Positions 1 through 12,448 of a DNA stretch of 64,000 nucleotides are shown one piece after another. Location of the stretch: positions 10,044,001 to 10,108,000 of the forward strand of contig CP075493.1 of the NCBI GenBank assembly GCA_021613535.1. Direction: 5' to 3'. Each line of letters starts with the position of its first letter. Position 1 is the first letter of the stretch. The DNA is from Adineta vaga. Lineage: Eukaryota > Animalia > Rotifera. The notes below the pieces were generated by a model. It searched no databases. It was not told where the DNA came from and was given only the letters and a program-made list of their open reading frames with translations. The translations under genes were made by a program, and so were the position numbers.

Positions 1-71
1 CAAATATCGAGAATTTCCAATATATTTCTCACGATCCTATATCCAACTAAGATGTCAGAAAAAAAACTAAC

Positions 72-2527
72 CAAGTCGACAATAATAACTTTGTTTATAT
101 TGTTCATTCATACAAATAAGTACCATTGATGAATTTTCTACTGCTTGAGCCATTGATTCTAGTACACCACCATTGATATTATCAACATCAAGCCATACAT
201 TATAATGCAATGACTACTCAATCAAAGATATATATATATATATATAAAGTATAAATAATCTTTTCCTCTGTTTACTTTTAATCGATCTCGAATTTTCAAA
301 CACATTGCTGTTACAGATCGATTGTATGAAATCATAATATGACCTTGTAATTGAGTTGAATTACTAATTGCTGATGAACATTTATGTTGAATACGATTTA
401 ATGTCCAAAGAATTGCTTCACAATTTTTTTGTACAAGTTGACTTCGACAACGATTTTGTGCAGATCTTATTATATGAACAGCATGATCGGAATCAAGAAA
501 TGATTGAACTCTTTGATCAAATGCTGCATTTAATATTGCATTCGATACACATTCAATTAATGGATTATCATTTGTCGAACGTTCGAGAATATTTAATAGA
601 AGATTAACAAGATTTTGATCGATAAATGTATGCGTACGACCACGAACCATTAATTTTGATAAACCATCGACAAGTTCAACAAATGAAAATCCATAAAATC
701 TTTGATCATCTCGATTATACATTTGAATCATTCCAGAGAGTAGCGGAAGTACTTCTGAAAATTTTCCAAATCGAATTTCAATATCAATCAACCATTTCTT
801 TCTTACCAGATGTATTTGCAGCTAAAAGATTATCTTCATCTTCATTCATAATCAATGGTAATAATAAACATGATGTTAAACGTATGGCACTTGCTATATC
901 CTGTAATTCTTTCAAACTAAGAATATATTCATCATTCGCACTTGTTCGGGAGAATTGTATTTTTATTGTATTCGATGGTAATCGTGTGTATTCGGCAATA
1001 ATCTATAGGAATTTAAAAAAAATCTGTATTTATTCCAAATAAACCTTGATATTTGCTGATTCTCGCATAATTTTAACCATACATAGCAAACTTGTAAAGA
1101 TATTTTTTCCATGTATGAATCATCGAACTATACTTGAGCTCAAAGATCAATTCATTTTTACAAGAAAATATCCTAAATATTATGTCTACTGCACTCTTTC
1201 TTATCTCTATTGAAAAGAAACAAAATATTATCTTGATTTTATCCAGGTCCAGGACTATGTAAATGAGTCAGATTCTTTCATTTCTATTTGAAAAAAAAGC
1301 GATTTGTATTGTATACATACATTCATAGCATTACATTCACGAAAGTGAATTTTCAATTCTGGTAAATTTGCAAGATTATAAAGTATTGTCAATGCAGAAT
1401 CACAAATGTATAAAATTTTCTAAATCAAATCATTCTGAATAATTGATAATGAAAATTTCGTAAGAAAAACAAACTTGATAATTATTAAAATCATCACTTT
1501 GCATTGTTTCTTCTGGACTTTCAATAACATAACATTTCTTTAAAGATTCACGATACGATGAATCAGCGAGTATATCACATGCGAATTCAATGAAACCAGC
1601 ATCAGCTGATTGCTAAATCATGAGAATAGAATCATGTCAAACGAATTTCTTTTCTTTTAATGATACATTACTTTTCTAATCAATCCTTCTTTATCAAATT
1701 CATGATCAGTAAAATTGCTCATCGAATTATAAAGTAATATACTATGAACGAAGACAATACGTCGTACAAGATAACCTTTTTCTTTATAAATATTCATGAG
1801 AGTCATTGCCATTTCTAGTGAAAAAGATTGATTGATTGTATATTTGAAAAGAATTTCAAACCTGGAAATTTCATTTCCGTTAATTTGAGTTTTGCACCAG
1901 AGATCCATTCTTTTGGTTGATGAATGAGATTTTCCAAAAAACGTAAGATTTTTAGAGTACTTTCATTTTCGTATTCTTCGCGTTTCATATCTCTCAAAAG
2001 TGTTAAAGCTTCTTCTAACTAAAAGAAAAACCAGAATATTAAAATTTAAGAATTCTATTAAAAATATCAACTTTTTGTGTATAATCAGCAAATGTTTCTG
2101 CTTTCTGTTCAAATGAAAGTGTTCCTGTGGATATTAGAGCCGTTGTACGAGCATTTTCATCTGTATACGATGGAGTTGTATCTTCTATTGTAATCTTTCG
2201 TGTCGTTCGACGTCTCTATAAGGATAAAATATAAAGTGATGATATTTTTCTTCTTTCTTACAGCAAGAAAAAGCATTGGAACTTTTGCAAGACGTTTACA
2301 AACAACAACTTGGCCAACAGATGCATCTGAACGAGAATTTCTTCGATTAAATATGTTCTTTAATCTTGTCTTCATTTCATTTGAAGATGACACTAGTCCA
2401 CTATGTTTTGATGAAGATGAAGATAAAGATGATGTGGAAGTTGATCGCTTAACATGTTTTTACATAAATTTCGTTGAAAAATTAATGAAAATATCCTTAC
2501 ATTCTTCGATGATTTTGGATGCGACAT
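72..2527 (-). CDS. Multi-exon ARM/helical-repeat + C-terminal TIR (TIR_2-type) domain protein; 3' end lies outside the window
   Basis: Spliced translation gives HIMISYNRSVTAMCLKIRDRLK|SLHYNVWLDVDNINGGVLESMAQAVENSSMVLICMNEQYKQSYYCRL, a TIR_2 signature. The upstream exons (e.g. ORF 222-791) are helical and ARM-like (NLVNLLLNILE...CEAILWTL). The start MSHPKSSKN at 2527 followed by a GT donor is tentative. The last visible exon ends at 72 (G|gttagt). Confidence 0.8.
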
Positions 2528-3840
2528 TTATATAAAGATATTTAATTCGACTTATTCCTAAATATTCTTTTCCCACACACTTATTAGTTCTTATATTGAA
2601 ACATTGTCACTTCTCAAGAAGCATTGATAATATACGTCAAAACACATTTGAATTGATTAGTAAAATAATAGGTTTCTTTCCAATTCCATACGCGTCATTT
2701 TTGACGAGTAGAATGGGTGGAATAATCGATGAGGTGGAGGCACGTTGCTAACGGTTACAAGTGTAAGAACTATCGAAAAATCATGGACGATTTTCATATA
2801 CAAATCTCGTCTTCACATCTATGTGTCCGTCAATTTTATAGAGCTCATATCTCATAAATAACTAATCTTGATTTAATTGTCAATAATTCTTCCTATTGAA
2901 CGAAAATCGATGCTGTGGTTTAGATAATATTTTCAAGGTTTTTATTATTTCTTTTTTGTGTGTTCGTTTCTTACATCGCAATAACATTATTCATGTAAAT
3001 GGCTTGTTAACAAGTGCAATGAAAACCGAACGAGCACGTTATTCGATTTTTTTTCTCTCTCTCTTTCTTTCAATAAGAATTACAAGCTTCATCAATTGTA
3101 CATATTTTTGCTGCCATTGAAATTTCTCTAACGTTGTTTCGAACGACGAAATATGCAAACGAAAAGAAATACAGAACAATTTCAAGAATAACATTCATTT
3201 GATCCATTCAATCAGTACGAATAGAACATCTATTGAAGCAAACACTTTCTTCTCTTTCGGATTGAAATTTGAAAATTAGAATAACAAATCAATATGTCAC
3301 ATATGTTCTCAAAGAAAAAGGTATATCATCGTATATAATCCTATAGAAAAAAAATTTTTTTTTCATATTGCCTTTAAAGAAAAAATGTAATCTATATCGA
3401 TAATAGAAAACAAAAAGTGTACGTGGGATAAGATGAAACGCAATAAAGAAAGAAATATATTTCATATTACGATAAGATGCTGGTTCTGCTTGGTTACGCG
3501 ACAGGAGTAGATTTTTTTCGTTTTTTTTTCTTTCGGCCGTTTTTTTTTTATCATATATCGCTGTTGATATTCTCCATACGTCTTTTAGTTAGGATTGTGT
3601 ATTTGAAAAAGAAACGAAAGATAGAGATAAAATATAAAACCGAACATACGAACAAACGACGTGCAAATATTGTTATTAAGTTTTACGAGCCGAGTATCTT
3701 TTCGATAAAGATCACAAATATCTAGTAGAACAGGTAAAAAAAACTAGAACGATTTTTTTATGACTTTTGAGAGAGAGAAGGAGATGATTGTAAAAAAATA
3801 GAATTGCGAAAAAAAAACACGTACATATTCGATTTGAGAA

Positions 3841-4550
3841 ATGTCTGAAGAAGCACCAATAGCACGAAAGGGTTCCGGAGGAGAAGATAAAAATGAACGA
3901 CGAGAATCTATCTCGAATTTACGTTCATCGGTAGGGCTGATTCAAATTATAAATTAAATCGATATTTCTTATTCTTTCCCATAGTCAATTTCAATGGATA
4001 GCAGTCAAACAAGGAAAATGTCAACAACGGACGTTGATCTTGAGTCCGTTCTTCAAGTTCGTCGACGTCGATTATCTGTAACTGCACCACAGGCATCGCA
4101 AGATTCTCATCGTTATACTGACGTGATCATATTAAAAGTCGAGAAATCGAACGATATTCTTAAAGAAGATGCACGTTGTATTTTTCATGGTTTGTTCAAA
4201 TTGTTTCATTCAGTTTTCTTTTCACTAAATTCTTTTGGTTTCTAGGTGATTATCATATCATAACAGATATATTTCAAAAATATACATCGCATATTAAAAT
4301 TCATCATGAAGATCCTGAAATGATTAAAAATCATGATCGTTTATCGGGAAAAATTTATACAACACTTGAATTACCAACAATGTCTTTTATTGAAGTTCTA
4401 GAAATTTTACATAAACATTATTTTTCCATTGTGGCAACATCAACTAATTTTGGAGCAACAACAAAATTACAAGAATTTATTTTATTACGTAATAAAGATA
4501 CGCACGATGCTGGTCGACCTTTACCAACTATTGATACGAAAGTTCATTAA
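3841..4550 (+). CDS. Small protein with a KCTD C-terminal / GFRP-like domain, cassette A (exons 3841-3930, 3985-4189, 4246-4550)
   Basis: GT-AG introns 3931-3984 and 4190-4245 join ORFs 3994 and 4176 in frame. The C-terminal pattern SFIEVLEILHKHYFSIVATSTNFGATTKLQEFILLR resembles the KCTD1/15 CTD. The gene model is solid; the family call is tentative. Confidence 0.7.
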
Positions 4551-4656
4551 ATCCAATGACCTTTTTTCAGAAAAAAAGAACAATATAAAAAAAAACGTTT
4601 TCCTTCTTTTATAGTTTAGAATTTTTGTAGTTTTATCTTTGTTTCTTTAGATAAAT

Positions 4657-5370
4657 ATGTCTTCTCCGCCAAATATAGGTAGTGTTGATCTTGAATCTGT
4701 TCTTAATGTTCGACGACGAACATTAATATCTATCGGTGAAGCAGGTTTTATTCCTAATCAACATCGTCAAGCAGATACAGTCTATGTTAAACGAGAAGAT
4801 AATTCAAATACATTACTTTCTATTCAATCAAGAATAATTATCTTCGGCGAATTACAACTTCTATGTAGTACATTTGAACGTTATACATCAAATATAACTG
4901 TTTATGACGATTCGCCGGATTCAAATTCGAATCCATCAAGTTTTTCTACAACATTCGATGATATTGACGAAGACAGTCAAGATACATCTGCTTTAACATC
5001 AACACTTCGCCAAACATCAATCTCGTCTCAGTCATCATCTCCACCAAAAGCATCAGGTAGTCCACCACGTCGAAAAAAATTAAGTTCAATTGGACGTTCT
5101 CAAACAGTAACATCAACAGCAAGTACTTATTCATCACAAAATCTTGAAGGAAAACGTTATGGAGCTATTGAAATTGGTAATATGAATATTATTGAAATTT
5201 TAGAAGTTCTTCTACGCATAGGATTAGAAATAGTCAGTGAAACAAGTGATTACGATAAAGAGAATGTACTTCACCAAAATTTTATTCTTTCAAAATGTCG
5301 TCAAACTGTTCAAAAACCAATACAATCACTTAATAATTATGGACGATCATCATCCATGGTTGGTACTTAA
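4657..5370 (+). CDS. Paralog of the preceding protein, cassette B, with a Ser/Thr-rich insertion
   Basis: 237-aa ORF that shares VDLESVL(Q/N)VRRR and the IE(V/I)LE(I/V)L...IV...FIL pattern with cassette A. It is preceded by a polypyrimidine-AG acceptor at 4641-4650. Confidence 0.75.
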   Translation: MSSPPNIGSVDLESVLNVRRRTLISIGEAGFIPNQHRQADTVYVKREDNSNTLLSIQSRIIIFGELQLLCSTFERYTSNITVYDDSPDSNSNPSSFSTTFDDIDEDSQDTSALTSTLRQTSISSQSSSPPKASGSPPRRKKLSSIGRSQTVTSTASTYSSQNLEGKRYGAIEIGNMNIIEILEVLLRIGLEIVSETSDYDKENVLHQNFILSKCRQTVQKPIQSLNNYGRSSSMVGT

Positions 5371-8300
5371 AATTAACAACAATATTGAGCAGAAACAAGA
5401 AACATAACATTATTATGTTTAGATTAGAGATTTTTTTTTTGCATGATTGTAGAATTTCTTTTTCTGGTTTATTGTAAACTATAAATGCAAAAGTTCACTG
5501 GCGCCCTCTTTCAAATATATACCTATATCATTAACTAACTATACTACAAAGATCTTTTGTTTTGAATAAACACATTGAAGATGTCAAATCACTTTCGTGT
5601 ATATGGTGTCTCAAAAGAACTCACCTAAGAATGGAGCGTTCATATCAATGTCAAAAGTGACATTTGTAATGACATGTTCAAAATTACCTATAGTATTGCT
5701 TCTTTTTTCATCTTCATATACTATCGAGAGATCTGAAGTGAGTACAGTTCACTTCTAAAACATTGGAAAATGTACTGAAACGATCGAAACATTTATATCT
5801 TGTATGAAAAAAGAACGTTTTTAATCAAGATGGCTTTACTATATATAGATTCACGAAGACTTAGGAGAAGATTAGACGATATAGTGGTGAAGGACAAAAA
5901 ACTGATTTCTTTTCGCCTATTACGAGAAGCTATAGTTATCTATGCAAACAATAGTCAAGTCAAATGTATATTTGTTATTTTATAGTTAATTTAAATAGAC
6001 TTCAATAAGCACTTCTCCTGTCTACTTAGATATGTCAGTATTTTTTTTTTGATAAATTATCGTGTATTGATTAATTGAGGAATGATCTAGACAACAACGT
6101 ATAAACAATATATCTTATATGTTATCGACGAGAAAAAAAAGAATAGTCGTTTGTCAATTGTTCTAGATCATCTAGAATGATGATTTTATTTTTAATCAAT
6201 CTCAACATGTTATTTATGATGTTACCATCAATTGATTAGAATAAGTCTTCTAGATCATTGAATTTAATGTACATCATTGATCTTTTCTAAGCGCAACCGA
6301 GTCATATTCAGTCTATTCGTAAGTAAATAAATGTTAACTAAATAGTAACCTTTTTATTATTTACTCTAATGTGTTAATTTATCCTTAATCCCTGGGAAAT
6401 AATCATTATCAGTTGTTTATTCTTGTCGACGCCATCACTGACTGGCTTCTGTTTTCTCTGTATGTTTGTTATTGGATAGAAAACAAAACATCATCTATAT
6501 CAGTTTTCATGTCCATGACGAAAGACGAAGTTAATCCGAAAATTCTAATACTTATTATTGGCTAAGTTTCAACTTAATCTGATTTCATTTTCTAATCTTG
6601 AAAGATGAACTGTTCAAGTTAATCCAAAATATTCTTCTATGTAAACCTTCTAACTTTACAGAGGAGATGAAGCTAATCTATTCTTCTTTCAATATATTTA
6701 TATGTGTGTGAGCATAATTTTGAGGGTTTTCTTATTCCGGTTGAATTAGCTGAATTAAAATAATGAGAAATAGATTTTTCTTTTGACAATAAACAGAAAG
6801 AGCGAGCAAAAGCAAATGTATGTGTTCGTCGACATGCAAAAAAAACGGAGAGAATAGAGAGGAAATGAAGTTAATCTTGTTTTGCGTATTTTATTAATAG
6901 AAACTGAAACACCTTTTACTGACAGCAGTAATTATTTGAAGTATTTCTTGTGTTTTTCTTTTCGATAGAGAGTTGTCTTTTGACAGAAATGACGATAAAA
7001 TTGTGATCTTTTCTTTTCATATTTGTTGAAAGACTTTTATCATGTCGATTTATCAGAATATGTATTCGTACGATTGACATTTTTGTACTTCATCGACATA
7101 TACTAATTTGATGATACATAAAAAAAAGTAATTGCTTTTGGTTTTTTTTACAAATCAAATTAGCAACAGTCGACATTGAAGACTTCTATGGGATGTATAT
7201 CAATCATATATATTTTTTTTCGATGTCATCTTTATCATTAGAAAATAGCTGTGGAAAACATGGACATAGACATATTGTATTTCTTAGAACCAAATTGTTT
7301 TTTTTTCGCTTGTGATTATCGTCATATATTTCTGATCTATTCAACATCTCGTTCCGTTGTGCATACTTCTTCTTCTTCTTCTTCTTCTTTGTGTGTGTGT
7401 GTATGCGTTTCTCATACTTACTATCAATACCTCTTTCTTATTCCGAATTAATCCTCTTATTCTTTTAATACTAGGAATACTTGTATTTGTGTCTGCAACG
7501 ATAGTTTCCGTTTGTGCTCGAAGTATTCCTAGATCTATGTACGTTGGTGGGGGGAAAAGGAGTGCCACATTAATAGGAAAAGAGAAAAAACGAGAAAACA
7601 AAGAAAAAAAAAACGAAGAAAACTTCCTCTATTCTTTCTTCTATGCTTTTTAAGAAACTCTCTTTGCTTTGTGTCTTAGTTGAGAAAATGCATTGATAAA
7701 ATGTTTGCTTAGGTGTATTGAAGAGAGTATGCTTTCAGCTCTTAGTTTCAATTAAATGGCGTAAATCAAACAAAAAGAAATAATTATATCAATAGAAAAA
7801 AATGTAAGTTTTTATATTGTTTTTTTAACAATTAGAAAAAGAAACAGAAGAAGAAAAAGAAAATGTTCAAGTTCGTATCCATGATATGATTATTATGACT
7901 ATTATTAGATGAATTCATTTGATTATAGGACATTGCTTGTCATCGAAAACTATATGTTGAGAGAAATAGTACGAGAACTTTTGTCTTGTAAGATCTTAAC
8001 GTTAGAATAGGTCATATAGTATTATATTTAACTCACTATTAGTATTTTATAATTGAAGTTCGATGTAAATCTGATAGTTATTTATTAAGATTTTTCGATC
8101 AATCTTCAATACGGAAATAGTATTTGAATATACCCATATGAATACTTATCCATCATTATCAATGAATAAATGAATAAAACTCTTTTAAATGACTTGTAAC
8201 GTACTAGAAAGAAGAAGAAAAAGATCACTAGGGAAATAACATGAATGATCGAAGAAAAGAGATGATAAAGCGAACAAGAGTTAATCGATAGAATCTGTCA

Positions 8301-8966
8301 AAATGGTTGGCAATGACAACAATCATTCAAAAAACGTTAATAGACAATAATGGAGTGCATATATTTAAGGTCAGATGAACAAATAAATAGTCTCTTTTCT
8401 TATGATCAACAAATAATCTATTTGTTATTAGACCATAGGCATATAAATAAAGAGAGTAGAGATGATTAGGAGAGTCTAGAATAAAGATTGGCTTGAATAT
8501 GATCTTATCTCTTTTCCTTGAGATAATTAGGAAAACTCCTAGACGAAGTTATTCAAAAATGAAAAATGTAAAGAAAAGAACAAAAAACTATTAATCAGAA
8601 AGGTATAATTATTTTGTTTGCTTTCGTTTAAACATCTCATTTCATAAGACAAATTATATGGGTAAAGTCATTTTCTTTTCTTATCGAGAAAAAACAAACG
8701 AAGAAAATTCGAAATATTTATTCTCGCTCATTCATAATAGAATAAAAAAAAGAATCGCTTTTTCTTCTTTACTTTAGTCTATTAAAAAGAAAAAAGATGA
8801 ATGTTAGAAGAGACAAACGGAAAAAGAAGAAGAATCATTTCTGGTAGATATATACGTCTCATATAATCAAATCTAATACTTCTGAACGCTGTTAATTTGC
8901 GCATGAATGATTCCATGATGTGTTGACTGATAATAGTTATTCAAGAATCTTCTTCTAGATGTTCAA

Positions 8967-10465
8967 ATGAGTAACAATATACAAACTTCCACGACATCCG
9001 TTTCTGGTCTAGATATACGCTTAATTCGGTATGGTTCAATATTTCTTCTTGTTGTTGGAACATTTGGAAATATTGTTTCATTTATCATTTTTTCCTATGG
9101 AACATTACGAAAATCATCAACATTTCGTTATCTTGCATTACTTTCTCTAATGGATTTACTTGTTCTCTATTCAGGTCTATTGGATTTATTTCTAATGATT
9201 GAATATGGTGGAACATTTTCATTGAGAAGTCTTAGTCCTGTTTCGTGTCGTCTACATACATTTATTACTTATTGGTCTCAACATTCATCATCATGGATTC
9301 TATCATTCATATCTGTTGATCGAGCTGTAGCAACAAATTGTATAAAATTTGCGAAGAAATTTTGTACACCTCGTTCAGCTGAATATATCGTCGGTATTAT
9401 CTTATTATTAACAGCTCTATTGAATTGTCATGAATTAATCTTCCTTCGTTTACAAAATACGACATCGACATTAGAACAAACAAGTTTACCAACAACGATT
9501 GTCACACAAGAATCAATGATGATCTATGAATCAGATATGAATACGAATCAGTCAGTACGAAAACGATCTATTCAATCGATAGATTTCCTATGTGATAATT
9601 CTTCATGGAATATTCTATGTTTGACAAGAAAAAAACGTGATCTATCAACTTTTAATTTAACAACTTCTACAATTCCATTTAAAACCAAAATAAATGATAG
9701 AAAATGTGAACCTTTTGAAGGTAGTCGATATGAATTCTTTTGGGATCATGTAAGTGTTGTATTTTGATTTTATCGAGAAGAAAAGAAGAAATTAATCAAA
9801 TCTATTTATTTTTAGGTATGGGAATGGATTGATGTGTGTCTTTATGCATTAATTCCATTTACTGTTATGAGTATTGGAACATTCTTAATAGTTTACCGAG
9901 TTTACTATCAACAAAGACGTGTTTTTCGGTCACGTCGTTCAGGAGCAAATAATCCTATGGGTACAACACCGAATAAAGCCAAAAGTTTATTTTATCTTTT
10001 ATTTACATTAAATTTACTTTATTTTATTCTCGTCAGTCCAGTTGTTTTTGTTACGACAATACTATTTCGTGATCCAAATGCTGAATTAGCTTATCCACGT
10101 TTTAAAGCGACAATTTATCTCATGCAATATTGTAATCATTCACTAAATTTTATTTTCTATGGTTCGTTTGAAAAACAATTCATTGTCTTCATTTTGATTG
10201 CTTTTGATTTTTGTTTTGCTTTCGTCTAGGAATCACTTCACCACCATATCGACGAACATTATGTGAATGGTTTCAAGTTTTATTTCCACATTTGCCACAA
10301 TGTTGTCAACGAACAATTCGAGAACGATCGAAATCAATTCGATTCGAAAATATTAATTTAAAACAAGTGAATATAAAACAAACAAAAACCACTCGATTAG
10401 GTAATAAGCATTCACCAAATCCACCACTTATACAGAAAGAATCGGTTTCATTAATACCAAGATAG
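8967..10465 (+). CDS. Class A (rhodopsin-family) peptide-receptor-like GPCR (exons 8967-9749, 9816-10161, 10230-10465)
   Basis: Seven hydrophobic segments with GN in TM1, LSLMD in TM2, Cys at the start of TM3, SVDRA (DRY variant), LIPF in TM5, SP in TM6 and NHSLNFIFY in TM7. GT-AG introns keep the frame. A probable 5'UTR intron ends at ttctag just before the ATG. Confidence 0.92.
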
Positions 10466-10540
10466 TGATGGACAAAATTAAATAAATGACATTTATGTGA
10501 TCATTTTGTTGCAATTCTATTTCGTATGTGTTCTTTGTAG

Positions 10541-10570
10541 AGAAAGAAAGAAAGAAAGAAAGAAGAAGAA
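10541..10570. repeat. (AAAG)n/(AAG)n microsatellite
   Basis: agaaagaaagaaagaaagaaagaagaagaa. Confidence 0.8.
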
Positions 10571-11513
10571 TAAAATGTGATTTTTCTGAAAGATCATCTA
10601 GTTCGGAATGAAGATAACTAAATCAATTAATCTTGCGAATTGAAGAGAAGATAATCGAAGATTAAATGTCAACGAAAGGATACTTATGAATTTAACAAAT
10701 AAGCATTGTTGAAAAAAAGATTCCGTTCGAGATATCTAATAGAAATACTTCAAGTAGAAAAAAAGATTCTTATAAAAGATAGATCATCGAAATTAGATTA
10801 TTCAAATAAGAAGAATTAATCAATTTGACGACGATTATCTTTGAAAATATACTGCAATCAAAAACAATATCTATTTAGTTATATGAATATATGTTCTAAT
10901 TAGATAATAAGACTGTAACTAGATTCTTTGAATGTCACATAACTACGTATGTTGCAATGTGCAATTAGACATTTGTATATGTGTGTTTCTTTCTTTTATG
11001 TGCACAAGAAGGAAATGTCAGAGGATAGAGGAAATAATCAAACACGGTCTAATTGTATTTGTTTTGAATCTAATTAAAAAAAGAGTAGTTAGATGGAATT
11101 ATTTTTGTCATCATATATATTTGAGTAGAATATCATCGATAGTAATTAATTAAACGAATGGTAAATGATAAATATTATTTTTCTTAGGAATCAATTATCA
11201 ATCTTTTCCAAAACATTGGTAGCGTATCTTTTTTCGAATGACGTCAATATCTTGCACCCACGAGTGCTGTTATACTATGCAATTATCACATCATATATGC
11301 TGCTTTAATACCAATCGTATCTGTCAGCATTACTAGTATGAATAATTAAGTAGAAAATACTTAATGACCAATGTCTGGAAACAATTTTTGTTTGTTCTCA
11401 TGTGACAATTATACGAATAACTATAGTTTAACTCACTCAACTTAGAAAGTTATTGGATAAATATTATAAACTTGTTTATATGAGATAATTGTACAAATAA
11501 ATATATAAGATAT

Positions 11514-12228
11514 TCAATGTCGCCATTGTTTTGCTTTGTCAGTTAATGGTACATAACGAACGCCAAGAGTAGCACGTTCAGATACTTCTCGTCCATCTAT
11601 CGATCTTTCATAAATCATCATTGTTTGACTTCCAACACCGACGGGAACGACTAAACGTCCACCAGGTTTTAATTGATCGATTAATGTAGACGGTCGAGTA
11701 GGTGCTGCTGCACCAACATGAATTGCATCGTATGGACCACCTTGTTGATAACCTAGACGACCATCTCCTAAGACAATTTCTAGAGTCTCATTCTCGAACA
11801 ATGAACGACCATTTTTCGAAATATTTTTTATTGACAATTCAACCAATTCAGGTATATGTTCAATACCAATTACTTTTCCACCGGGTTGAACGAGACGAGC
11901 TATACAAGCAGTTAGATATCCTGATCCTGATCCAACATCAAGTACACGAGCTCCCAGTACTAGTTTATCTCCAAGCATTTCAAGTGCATGTGCATGCATA
12001 TGTGGAGCAGAAATCGTGACATTGTAACCAACTAGAAAAATCAAAAATATTATGATGAATATCTTCTCTAGACACAAGCATTTTTACTCGGTTGTGGTGC
12101 ATCTTCTACAATCGATCTGTTGAAAAATCTAATCTATCTGTTGCTAACATAGCAGATTTAATTCGTTCATTTTTAATGATATGTTGTTGAACAAGTGATT
12201 GAATGAGATCAGCATGTGTTCGATGCAT
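11514..12228 (-). pseudogene. PCMT1: Protein-L-isoaspartate O-methyltransferase (PCMT/PIMT) with a 1-nt frameshift in exon 1 (pseudogene or assembly error)
   Basis: Exon 2 contains GYNVTISAPHMHA, VLDVGSGSGY, GPYDAIHVGAA, QLKPGGRLVVPVG and VRYVPLT. Exon 1 reads MHRTHADLIQSL...AMLATDRLDFSTDRL and then TAG (12108-12106), while the expected EDAPQP(I) lies in another frame. Confidence 0.75.
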
Positions 12229-12448
12229 GATTTGTATATCTTCAAAATATACATAGATGATGATTGATAATAAGAACAAATGGAAGGATATGAATGACTT
12301 GAAGGTTTTTCTTTATTTTCTCATATAGAAAAAGAAAACAAAATAGGATACAAACAGAAATAATAGAGTCTTGCAATCGAAATTAACGTTTTCTATGGGT
12401 TAAATTTGTTGCAAGAGAAAGAACTGGAATATGTACATAATATGAAAT

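Noticed and set aside
7251-7653. Hydrophobic ORFs upstream of the GPCR
   Set aside because: They are built from (CTT)n and (GT)n microsatellites and are probably the GPCR promoter/5'UTR, with a donor at ~7804.
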